From a virus (Duplodnaviria; Caudoviricetes): a stretch of 64,000 nucleotides of DNA. The notes beneath the pieces are model-generated. The model worked only from the letters and a program-made list of their open reading frames with translations, ran no database searches and was not told the origin of the DNA. A program made the position numbers and the translations under genes. Below, in pieces: positions 28,301 through 36,349 of this stretch (positions are counted from its first letter, which is position 1; each line of letters starts with the position of its first letter). Location: IMG/VR virus record IMGVR_UViG_3300046366_000047, positions 985 to 64,984 of that record. One strand, given 5' to 3'.

Positions 28301-29912
28301 TTACTGCTTTATTTAATTTGTTTCTTGTATCAAATTGAGATGTAGGAGATAACGCCTCATACGTCTCATCATCTTTATAATTGTATAAGTAAGGATCAAC
28401 TGATCTATCATCATCTTGACCTGTCTTCTCTACTGCATCATAATGATCAAATACTTCGTGAGTTTTTGTAACTACTCCATCTGTATTAGCAGCTCTAACT
28501 ACGCCTTTATATGACGTATAATTAGTTTCTGTTAAATCTGAAATGATAGTTCTTCTGTTCGGGAATTCAAAATTTGTCGCATTAGGTATTTCTGTGGCGT
28601 ATGATGGATTATTATTCTTGTCGAATAGTACGACGCCAAAGCCTGTCTTTTCACCTCGCATATTGCTTTTATGCATCGCTGCATTATAAACGTGCTTATG
28701 TCCAGGTTTACCCATGTTCTCAATAGTAGCAAATCTACCATTTACAGAAGAATCTACAAATCCAATTTCCCCTTGAATATCTTTAGAGTCGTATCCAACA
28801 TTCATTAAATACAATCTCTCATTGTAATATCTGATAGCCTTAGCTCTTCTAATTGAAGATCCGGTATCTGTTTGCTCGTCAAGAGTCAATATTGTTGATC
28901 CCTCAAATGAAGCTTCTGCTCTATCTAGCACATCAATTACTTCCATTCCATCAACTACAGGAATACTAGCAATGATTTCAGATACAGGAGGAACTCCAAC
29001 AGGATCACCTGCGTACCAAGAATCTCTTCTTAGTTCAATAAATGAGAATTGACTATCGTTTTGATATCTAATTCTAATATGATTTCCGTATGGCGTTGAC
29101 GATGTAACATCGGGCGCACTAGAAAATGTTCTTGAATGAGGGTATTGTGGTTCATTACTAGGGCTGCTGTTTCTAACTACAGGAATTAATTCTGTAATAT
29201 GTGAAAAAGGAGTAGCTTCACCTTGGTCATCAACAAATCTATATGAATAAGAATAACTACCTACACATAGTCCTGATGTTCCAACAACTACATCATATCC
29301 TGATGTACCTGAAACTTGTTTAATAAATGCAGGTTTGTACAGTGTAGCTGAAACTTGTACAGTGTAATCTTCTACATTGAACTCAGTGAAGTATGTTTCT
29401 GTACAGTCTGTATCAGGATTCATTCCTGAATTATCCATCAAGTCTTTAATGGAGAATACTAATGGAGGAGTATTATTGTTTGTAACGTAAATCTCTCCAC
29501 CAATACAGCTTTCGTTCTTATCGTATTGTAAAGGGTGGTCTAAATCAAATGGTAGGTCACTGGAATATGCGACAATTTGACCGTCTACTCTAATTATTGG
29601 CTCCTCGCCTACCACTGATGATGCCCATATCTCTACAATATGTCCATTTACTTCTTGAGCCATCATGCACTCATAGCCTGTAAATGTCAATGTACCAATT
29701 GGATTACATCTATTATCTATTAAAGCAAAAAGAATCTCTTCTCCTTTAATTTTCTTCTTAGCAAAGTTATCTCCATCCATGGAAATACTACGCATATTTA
29801 ACGCATCAAGGTGTTCTCCATTTGGCGATGCACCTAGTATCTCTTTATTTGAGTCAGAGTTTATACCCTTCTCATAAGTCTTAATATCTTGAGGATGATG
29901 CTGTTGACGCAT
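25341..29912 (-). CDS. Tail muzzle / stabilisation protein (crAss-like, P22 gp10 analogue)
   Basis: 1523 aa; N-terminal KGINSD...DALNMR, YSYSYRFVD..G..T, SNNYFDIS...GEI; follows the ring proteins. Confidence 0.7.
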   Translation of the reverse strand: MRQQHHPQDIKTYEKGINSDSNKEILGASPNGEHLDALNMRSISMDGDNFAKKKIKGEEILFALIDNRCNPIGTLTFTGYECMMAQEVNGHIVEIWASSVVGEEPIIRVDGQIVAYSSDLPFDLDHPLQYDKNESCIGGEIYVTNNNTPPLVFSIKDLMDNSGMNPDTDCTETYFTEFNVEDYTVQVSATLYKPAFIKQVSGTSGYDVVVGTSGLCVGSYSYSYRFVDDQGEATPFSHITELIPVVRNSSPSNEPQYPHSRTFSSAPDVTSSTPYGNHIRIRYQNDSQFSFIELRRDSWYAGDPVGVPPVSEIIASIPVVDGMEVIDVLDRAEASFEGSTILTLDEQTDTGSSIRRAKAIRYYNERLYLMNVGYDSKDIQGEIGFVDSSVNGRFATIENMGKPGHKHVYNAAMHKSNMRGEKTGFGVVLFDKNNNPSYATEIPNATNFEFPNRRTIISDLTETNYTSYKGVVRAANTDGVVTKTHEVFDHYDAVEKTGQDDDRSVDPYLYNYKDDETYEALSPTSQFDTRNKLNKAVNSRVAANSGIAPTWQDYTPDGFGLNYYSQGFGFKGINSWPSWADGFSVVQTDPAQQVIAQGLGFYSLKPAEGVFGDDTQKDVDTFWAYFPDLELLYPDIANDIINNPTAYKLQLVSPLGYFTEVYSSRNDGLSQRRKSADMITYARILRDRDLTPINPVIANQSGINDATFPLLNYRYVAYGRYTNYTTGSSPAYPSNGSGNKQFPILEFDEVTTNSTRQSYFKVRVNDAGLGAIYNRSGMNTPPNTSKNADVEGVMEWREPMYVLNIIKNTDINPGLTTQYKYGANFIKFKSLVLESNGSNTQSAVLVSERWEDCIPQITGQTSPAYTSIKRFVYVEDANGISRRWMNVQFFSGGDLTTVLTGLAAGVPYSNATLTNGFPIYGVYTSTETPGDSDGVCRVFTLNFNNIVGYTAFSVVPAGSKVYVQYDNRIPVRVFGGDTYINESIWAPIDNNYNNLGEPSGTDGGWLFPDNEFKMNAPFPLKTYEYADTYPMWENTDTWQYNFNEQFEFCDSIGTHSSFIRQLVTVWTAETRINLSFAWNVEQPDKAVSDQYYPLINYIPRPDKWNTSDPGDRTQFESDNHLKPEYFDDYGYEWNLWDKGGFRFTMNELQTNLDYSKTQTTNTFTTIPSVGFEEQTDFCTRIVWSLKRPMNVQNTPSVKTFPSNNYFDISDDTGEIKFGWSALSNDKGNNLYAFTDSGICLLLVDKRVIHEINANELATVGSDIGGILNQLWIDKTIGMSDETWRSWAEYSNAIFFANGISAYTFSDNQLNEIARTGFFELLNRKYNQLIGEGYESKVSGGFNVLTKEYIMNVATKGDDPEFSTLIYGVQQTALQCQSSYNYDKYLYYKNFLFGMKGSGTYQLGVGNQIDGVDMECYLTGVSDKDIIADKEFIRIRVNSNSKPEKIYFYKSFADYKSDTFDSVVDANAVPLSIKNYFGYECYIPRSLTAPYERNQGRVVIFKIVNTLDEEFLVTSTAVQYKALK

Positions 29913-29914
29913 AT

Positions 29915-30085
29915 TTATTTTTTAAATGGGAATCTCTTATTTAAAGTATCTTTTCGTTTGTTGCAGCTACTACAGCCGCCTGATTTATCTCCAGATGCTT
30001 TAGCTACAAATTTAGCAACTTTATCCATTTGTGTGATTCTAGCTACTTTCTCAACTACATCACCTAATCCTTGCATATGTGCCAT
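29915..30085 (-). CDS. Small protein with GLGD...GC..C..R..LN motif
   Basis: GLGDVVEKV...GGCSSCNKRKDTLN. Confidence 0.55.
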   Translation of the reverse strand: MAHMQGLGDVVEKVARITQMDKVAKFVAKASGDKSGGCSSCNKRKDTLNKRFPFKK

Positions 30086-30099
30086 GTGGAATATGTTAT

Positions 30100-30372
30100 T
30101 TACCATTTTACTTTATCGGCCCAATAAGCAGCACTCATCTTTCCTTTAGCTATATTCTTAGCGTGACGAGATTTGAATCTATTTCTTCTACTTGCGTAAG
30201 CAGCGGATTCACCCTCTTTCTTAGGAGATCCTTTTACTCCTTGTTGTCCAAAACGAATAATTTTCTCTACTCCATTAGCACAAGCCTTTACAACGTGTGA
30301 CTTAGTAGGATGGCTAGGAGTGCTCTTCGCTGAGTTGCATTTCATCAACTCTTTTTTAAGTTGTTTAGGCAT
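30100..30372 (-). CDS. Small basic phage protein (DUF6321-like)
   Basis: KIIRFGQQG...RRNRFKSRH...SAAYWADKVKW. Confidence 0.6.
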   Translation of the reverse strand: MPKQLKKELMKCNSAKSTPSHPTKSHVVKACANGVEKIIRFGQQGVKGSPKKEGESAAYASRRNRFKSRHAKNIAKGKMSAAYWADKVKW

Positions 30373-30764
30373 TAGTCTCTAAATTTAGCGGTTTTTTCTT
30401 TAATACTTTTTGGTTGTGCTACAAATTGTTTACCCATAGCTTTACCTACTCTTTTAGCTCTCGTTGTAGAAGCGTACTCAGATGAGGTTAATGATTTAAT
30501 TGCTTTTTCAGGTAAGTATCTTTCTCCAGTCTTTCCACTTGGCTTTCCGCTTTTAGTTCTCCACTTTTGCTTAGTCCATTTAGACAAACTATTTGAAGAA
30601 GACTTAGATCCTGAATAACCACCACCTGCTGCTTTGTACTTTTGCACTGCAAGCTGTGCCTTTCTAGCAGACCATTGCCCAGGGTTTCCACCCTTAGAAC
30701 TAGCTTTAACAGAAGATACTATTCTACTCCAAAGCCCAGGATTACTTTTCTTAGCTACACTCAT
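30372..30764 (-). CDS. Basic phage protein (DUF5872-like)
   Basis: GQWSARKAQLAVQKYKAAGGGY...SLSKWTKQKW...RYLPEKA. Confidence 0.7.
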   Translation of the reverse strand: MSVAKKSNPGLWSRIVSSVKASSKGGNPGQWSARKAQLAVQKYKAAGGGYSGSKSSSNSLSKWTKQKWRTKSGKPSGKTGERYLPEKAIKSLTSSEYASTTRAKRVGKAMGKQFVAQPKSIKEKTAKFRD

Positions 30765-31534
30765 TATTTATGATACATTGAACTGATGTATTCTTCCATA
30801 GATTCTTTCTCTTTTGAATCCATAGACTTAATACGTTTTCTTGCTTTATTCCAGCTACCTGATGTCAAGTCATTTAACTTACTGAATGAATCTTGCCATA
30901 ATGGACGATACATACGTACATCTCTTGACTTCATAGCGTTGTAGAATTTCTCCTCCACATAATCAACTACTGCACGCTCAAAGAAACGTGGGATAGTTGG
31001 CATATCACCATTCTCTACACCCATTCCGTTGAATACAATACGTACATAAGGGAAACCACCACATTCTTTACTGAACATGATTAATCCATTCAATACATTG
31101 TAGTAGAATTTAGGACCATAAAATCCTGCTTGATTATGCGTATAAACACGTTGGTTAGGCTGATAGATATCAGAACCATTACTTCCATCGTCTTTTACTT
31201 TGGCAGTATATCCATTTCCATTAGCTGTATTGTTAAATAAACGTTTCCAGTATACTACTTGGCTCTTTGTAGGGTTACAAAGTGTACCATTGTACATATA
31301 TATCTCACGGATATTAAATACGTTCTTAGGCATCTCGATTTGGAAGTTATCAGGCATTTCATAGTCATGCTGAATCTTCAACCAAAATGTATCAAATGAC
31401 AATTCTTGAATTGCATCTTGAATACGTGAGATATACCATCCTTTTGGAAATCCCTTCTTATAATCAGTGTCATTTACAGTAGCAGTAATCTCTGCTAATA
31501 AATGCTCTATGGATACAAAATCGTTAGCTGTCAT
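30764..31534 (-). CDS. Tail ring / head-tail adaptor protein
   Basis: Third of three ~250 aa genes between capsid and muzzle; DMPTIP near the C-terminus. Confidence 0.6.
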   Translation of the reverse strand: MTANDFVSIEHLLAEITATVNDTDYKKGFPKGWYISRIQDAIQELSFDTFWLKIQHDYEMPDNFQIEMPKNVFNIREIYMYNGTLCNPTKSQVVYWKRLFNNTANGNGYTAKVKDDGSNGSDIYQPNQRVYTHNQAGFYGPKFYYNVLNGLIMFSKECGGFPYVRIVFNGMGVENGDMPTIPRFFERAVVDYVEEKFYNAMKSRDVRMYRPLWQDSFSKLNDLTSGSWNKARKRIKSMDSKEKESMEEYISSMYHK

Positions 31535-32259
31535 TATTCTGCTTGTTGTTGAGTTGTGTCAGGAAGATTAACTGCTCTATTTGCATACATCTGAGTATTC
31601 AATTCACCGCCATCTTCACCATCATTAATATTTTCTTTTGGCATTAACATTACAAATCTACCTAATTGTAGTACTTGCATCATTAGGTCCTGAATCATTT
31701 CGTCTGGTAATGGAATCTCATCATCAAGACTACATATTTGTCTTGGATCTAAAGTTGCCTTAATAGCAATCTCTACATCTGCAACAGGAACACACTCAAG
31801 ACCAAGTAAATAAATTCTATTTACCTTAACTCCATCAATGTGATCTCCAATTCTATAGAAATAAGGGTTATGTGCACTTGGCTTTGTATACTCATCTAAG
31901 TATAAGTGTTGAACACTACCAAGATTTACTCCCTGAAACCACACTTGTGCGAAAGCAGGACCTTCACATTTGCATGTTTCTTCGTTATATGTGATATAAA
32001 CTACACCTGAGTTATTTGGCAAATCCATAATCTGCCCAGGTAAGTCTATGTATTTTCTTCCTTTGGTATCTGTCAATACAGGTACATCGTTAAATGTAGA
32101 TGTAAACAAATCAGTATTGGTAGCAATAGTTTGCTGTAGACGCATTCTATTAGCGACTACCATCACCCAATACATTAATTGATTTAAAGTGAAGTCAGCA
32201 TCATCAAAAGCAGCATTAAAGCTCTTATCTAGATCATATATTACGTATCTGTATGTCAT
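31534..32259 (-). CDS. Tail ring protein
   Basis: Synteny; C-terminal LDDEIPLP..MI motif. Confidence 0.6.
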   Translation of the reverse strand: MTYRYVIYDLDKSFNAAFDDADFTLNQLMYWVMVVANRMRLQQTIATNTDLFTSTFNDVPVLTDTKGRKYIDLPGQIMDLPNNSGVVYITYNEETCKCEGPAFAQVWFQGVNLGSVQHLYLDEYTKPSAHNPYFYRIGDHIDGVKVNRIYLLGLECVPVADVEIAIKATLDPRQICSLDDEIPLPDEMIQDLMMQVLQLGRFVMLMPKENINDGEDGGELNTQMYANRAVNLPDTTQQQAE

Positions 32260-32260
32260 C

Positions 32261-33019
32261 TTACAATATAGTTAAAAGTTGCTGAATATCTTGTGCTGTT
32301 ACACCGTATAAGTTAGTCTGATCTCCTTGTTTGTAAGAGATATAACTTAATGCTTTATCAAATAGTAATTGGAATACACTATTTGGAAATTCAATGTTTT
32401 GAGCCAATGAGGTAATAACAGATGGTTTCTTTGCCCAAAATATTGTTACCTTATCATTTTTAATTTGTGGTCTAATCTCAATTTCTGCTGCTTTGTCTCC
32501 TATATTTACGCCTTGGTAATTTGTAGGGGCTAAATAAGCATATAATTTTAAAGCATCACAGATTTGATTTCCATCATATCCTGCCTCAAATGGATTAGAT
32601 GCGTTAGTTGACCATTCCTCAACAGTCAATCTTTTACATGAATCAGTAGATGATAAATGCAATTTGTCACTCAAGAAATAACTCTTAGTTACATCAGGAG
32701 TTGGTACAGGAGGATATCCTGCAATAGTACTTGTAGTAGGTTTGGCGAATACCCCTAAGATAGTCCATACCTCACTAGGGAATACATTTAGAGAAACCCT
32801 GGAAGTGTTCGTTGTTTGGAACACTCCAGAGTATGCTAAGTCTCTAAAAAACTCTTCTCCTAACTTATCTTGACCATACGCAGCATTTACGATATTAGTT
32901 AACCATTTTACCGAAGCATTAATTGCTGGTATATAGTCTAATGAATCCAAATAGTGATCTGAATTCTCTGCATCCAATGCGAATGCTAACTGATTACGTA
33001 ATTCCTGTGCTGAGATCAT
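32261..33019 (-). CDS. Tail ring / adaptor protein
   Basis: Synteny; EIRP...IFWAKKP...IEFP adaptor-like pattern. Confidence 0.6.
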   Translation of the reverse strand: MISAQELRNQLAFALDAENSDHYLDSLDYIPAINASVKWLTNIVNAAYGQDKLGEEFFRDLAYSGVFQTTNTSRVSLNVFPSEVWTILGVFAKPTTSTIAGYPPVPTPDVTKSYFLSDKLHLSSTDSCKRLTVEEWSTNASNPFEAGYDGNQICDALKLYAYLAPTNYQGVNIGDKAAEIEIRPQIKNDKVTIFWAKKPSVITSLAQNIEFPNSVFQLLFDKALSYISYKQGDQTNLYGVTAQDIQQLLTIL

Positions 33020-33021
33020 GT

Positions 33022-33810
33022 CTAGTTATTAATTGTTTTTTCAGTAACTATACGTCCTTGTTGATCCATAGTTGAATTTCTCAAGTTACCGTAAAGCATT
33101 CTATCTTGTTGATTGATAGATCGTTTTGCAGTAAGCTCAACTAATTGTCTACGCATAGCCTCTGGGCTTTGGTTAATTGTAACTCCTTCTTGTTTAGCAC
33201 GTGCAATAATCTGCATGTCAGACAATTTAGAGATAGATTGTTGTGCTTCAACCATTTTCTGAGCCCATGTAGAGTCAACATTCATTGCTGATTCCATGTT
33301 TTCGTAGAATGCAATACCGTATTGGCTGTGATTTCTTAAGTAATCCAACTCTGATTGAGATTGAACTTTAACAGAAGATACAGATACAACTTGTACGTCA
33401 CGTCCTTTTTTTCTACGTGTTCTTACTAATGGTTTGAATTTAATAGCTCCGTGTGGAGGTAATGACTCTAGTCCACGTCTTTTGTCTCCATGAATAGAGA
33501 AGTTTAACGAGAATGCAAAGAATACTACAGGCTGATCTAACCAATCTTCTTCTAATTCAGCAACATAATTAGATTCCTCATTTAATGATTCTCTAGCTGA
33601 TGATGTTTTTAGTTTGTTTAATTGATTAGTGAATTTAGCCTCTAGTTCTTGCATCCATTGCTGAACTGTGGATAATGGAATAGCAGGCTCTGCTTTAGGC
33701 TCTACGTATTCTTTCTCTTCTTTCTTTACCTCTACTGGTGCGCTCACTTCTTCAAATACTGATTCTTCAGCTTTAGGAGTAACGTCTTGATTTGCTTTTT
33801 TAATCGCCAT
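33022..33810 (-). CDS. Hypothetical protein downstream of the major capsid gene
   Basis: 262 aa ORF in the head module. Confidence 0.55.
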   Translation of the reverse strand: MAIKKANQDVTPKAEESVFEEVSAPVEVKKEEKEYVEPKAEPAIPLSTVQQWMQELEAKFTNQLNKLKTSSARESLNEESNYVAELEEDWLDQPVVFFAFSLNFSIHGDKRRGLESLPPHGAIKFKPLVRTRRKKGRDVQVVSVSSVKVQSQSELDYLRNHSQYGIAFYENMESAMNVDSTWAQKMVEAQQSISKLSDMQIIARAKQEGVTINQSPEAMRRQLVELTAKRSINQQDRMLYGNLRNSTMDQQGRIVTEKTINN

Positions 33811-33833
33811 GACTAATTTATTTTAAATGATTA

Positions 33834-33860
33834 AATAAAGGGGGAGATTTTGTCCCCCCC
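33834..33860 (-). terminator. Intrinsic terminator after the major capsid gene
   Basis: GGGGGA/TCCCCC stem followed on the - strand by TTTATTT. Confidence 0.6.
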
Positions 33861-33874
33861 TGAATTTTTAAATA

Positions 33875-35113
33875 TTACAATGTAAGGTCTAACCATGCAC
33901 ATGCAAGTGGGTTGTGGAATTTAACCCCCATGTTACAGTCTACCCATACATCTCCGTAACGTTTTGGAACTCCGTCTTCTAATTTCAACGTGTCTCCAGA
34001 ACGCTCACCCCAAAGTTGTGTACGTTTGATGTTTTTCATATCCAAGATTACGATACGGTTTTCGAATGAACCTGGGAATGATGCTTTGTCTTCGAAACGT
34101 TTGAAAGGCACAAGAACGATACGAGAAGAACCTAAGTTTACTTCTTTCAAGTTCAATAATGCGATATCATCGTTAGGAGCGTAACGTGTCAATTCTTCTT
34201 TGTAAGCCAAAGATAATGCACGGTGAACACGTGGAGTCATGAATGCCATACGAGCTTGACCGTAGTCACCATACTCAGAAGACAATACCATATCCTCGAA
34301 TGCGTCAACTAAAGATGCGTTCGTAGCCAATGCGTTTGGAGAACCAGCCTCTAACATTGAAGAGAATACACCACCTGTAGTTTTTGCAGGAGTACCATCA
34401 GCAGTGATGATTTCACCTTTTTGTCCTGTCCAGAATGCGTTAGACAAATCGATACGGTGTTGGTTGAACATTGCATTACGCTCCATTTCAAGGAAGTTGG
34501 CAGTTGTTCCCAAAGTTTTCAATTTGTGTAATTCTACTTCAGAGTAACGAATCGCTTTGTTAAACAATTGGATGTAGTTGTTACGCTCGATTGTAGAAGC
34601 ACGGAAGTACTGAGCGAAACCGTCAGATCCATCGTGGTCAACACTAGATACGTTAGCTAATACATCGTCAGGAGAAACTGCTGGTAAAGTATCACCATTG
34701 TAAGGAGAAACAGTAATTGTCAACAAAGACGTGTCAACAGAAACAACACTACCTTTTTGTCCGTTAGGGTAAGAGATAATTGTGTTAGTTGAGATGTTGT
34801 CTGTAGACGTTACAGAAATTGTTTGAGTTGTAGGCCAAGATACAGTCGCAGATGCAGCTGTAGCTACAAGAGGCTCACGTTGGTAACCCATTTCTTGGTA
34901 GAAGAACTCGTCAGAGTTAACTTGCTCTGCAGCTACCATGTTCAACAATTTCAAATCCATGAACTGCTGAGGAGCAGCGTCAAAGATCGCACGGTTAGTT
35001 AATTTTTGTACTAACAATGAAATATCATGTCCGTACAATGCAGCGTACTCAGACCCTACGGAGTTGTAGTTCTGATTGTCAAACTTTACGTTTGGTTCAT
35101 TATATAAAGCCAT
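33875..35113 (-). CDS. Major capsid protein (HK97 fold)
   Basis: 412 aa; RNNYIQLF, FWTGQKG...TTGG; strong codon bias; downstream of portal and scaffold; followed by a terminator. Confidence 0.85.
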   Translation of the reverse strand: MALYNEPNVKFDNQNYNSVGSEYAALYGHDISLLVQKLTNRAIFDAAPQQFMDLKLLNMVAAEQVNSDEFFYQEMGYQREPLVATAASATVSWPTTQTISVTSTDNISTNTIISYPNGQKGSVVSVDTSLLTITVSPYNGDTLPAVSPDDVLANVSSVDHDGSDGFAQYFRASTIERNNYIQLFNKAIRYSEVELHKLKTLGTTANFLEMERNAMFNQHRIDLSNAFWTGQKGEIITADGTPAKTTGGVFSSMLEAGSPNALATNASLVDAFEDMVLSSEYGDYGQARMAFMTPRVHRALSLAYKEELTRYAPNDDIALLNLKEVNLGSSRIVLVPFKRFEDKASFPGSFENRIVILDMKNIKRTQLWGERSGDTLKLEDGVPKRYGDVWVDCNMGVKFHNPLACAWLDLTL

Positions 35114-35147
35114 TTTGCTTCGGGTTTAAAAATTTACAATTTAATTA

Positions 35148-36314
35148 CTATGCGTAAGGGTCCCCTTTGAATAATCCACTTAAGTGTCCTGCCTCTTTAG
35201 CAAATGCACCCTGTTGAGGAGCAGCAGCTTTATTCTTGCGAAGTGCAGTTGGACTTGAGTCAACTATTTTTTGGTTCGCTTTACTCTCACCTTGTCGTTC
35301 AGCAATCTTTTTAACAGATTCTAACATTTTCTTGCCGTACATAGCGTATGCAACTAACTCTGCTGCATCCTCTTTATATGTACCATCAGCATTCATAAAC
35401 AGATTCTCCGCTTTCCCCTCAACCAAGATAGTCCTAATCTTTGCAACCTCGGACTTACTGAAGCTTGGGTAAGCCTTACTTAGATTGTCTACGGAAAGGA
35501 GTGCTGTCTTTTTCAAGTTTTGAAACTCGTTTTTTTGACGGTTGGTAAACTCCTCACGCTCTTTTTCTAATGCTTGTTTATCTTCAGCGAATAAACGTTT
35601 TGTTGAATTTGCTAAAAGCCTTACGCTATTATCGAACTCAGACTCTGAGATATCTCCATCCTCTAAAGATGTTGTTAGCTCATCATACTGCTCTCCAAAA
35701 TAGTGCTGGACAAGGCTCTCTGGATCTTGACTTTTATAGTCTCCTGAGAAGTCCAGTCTTTGTGAAGATGTAAATGCTTGAGTGTGATCTTCTCCATTTG
35801 CCCACAATTGAACTGCCATACGGATATCGCTTGGCATCGCTTGTAAGTCAGCTGTTAAAGCCTCATACTCTTTCTTTACTTCAGAACCCTCTTGGGCCTG
35901 ATTTCTCCATGTATCGACAGATGAAAAGAACTTAGAAGCATCATTAACCCCAAACTTCGAAGAGATGAGGTCAATCATTTCCTTCGGTGCTTCAAAGTTA
36001 AGTTTAATTTCTTTACCCTTTTTTGGAGTTGCCATGATTCCAAAGATGTCATCGATGTCTGTGCTCTCGTCACTATCATCTTCGTCTTCTTCTTCCTCTT
36101 CGTCTTCCTCCTCATCTGCTTGAACGCTTGCTTGTCTCATGCTAGCCATCAAGTCTTTATACTCTGTTGAGTTTGCGAAGCTTGGATCCATTGCGGCCAA
36201 TGCTTCAACTTGTCGAAGTTGTTCTTGCATCTCTGGCTCCAACTGCTCCAATGAAGGAGCGTTAGATAAATCACCAGATACTCTTTCAACTTCTTTTTCA
36301 AAGTTAGTATCCAT
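35148..36314 (-). CDS. Capsid scaffolding protein
   Basis: Very acidic, helical; between portal and major capsid genes. Confidence 0.65.
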   Translation of the reverse strand: MDTNFEKEVERVSGDLSNAPSLEQLEPEMQEQLRQVEALAAMDPSFANSTEYKDLMASMRQASVQADEEEDEEEEEDEDDSDESTDIDDIFGIMATPKKGKEIKLNFEAPKEMIDLISSKFGVNDASKFFSSVDTWRNQAQEGSEVKKEYEALTADLQAMPSDIRMAVQLWANGEDHTQAFTSSQRLDFSGDYKSQDPESLVQHYFGEQYDELTTSLEDGDISESEFDNSVRLLANSTKRLFAEDKQALEKEREEFTNRQKNEFQNLKKTALLSVDNLSKAYPSFSKSEVAKIRTILVEGKAENLFMNADGTYKEDAAELVAYAMYGKKMLESVKKIAERQGESKANQKIVDSSPTALRKNKAAAPQQGAFAKEAGHLSGLFKGDPYA

Positions 36315-36333
36315 AACTATTTATTATTTGGTT

Positions 36334-36341
36334 CAAAAATA
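36334..36341 (-). promoter_or_regulatory. Bacteroidota -7 promoter box
   Basis: TATTTTTG on the - strand upstream of 36314. Confidence 0.5.
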
Positions 36342-36349
36342 CGAATTTA

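Noticed and set aside
36070-36118. Trinucleotide-like TCT/TCC repeat tract
   Set aside because: It simply encodes the poly-Glu/Asp stretch of the scaffold protein.
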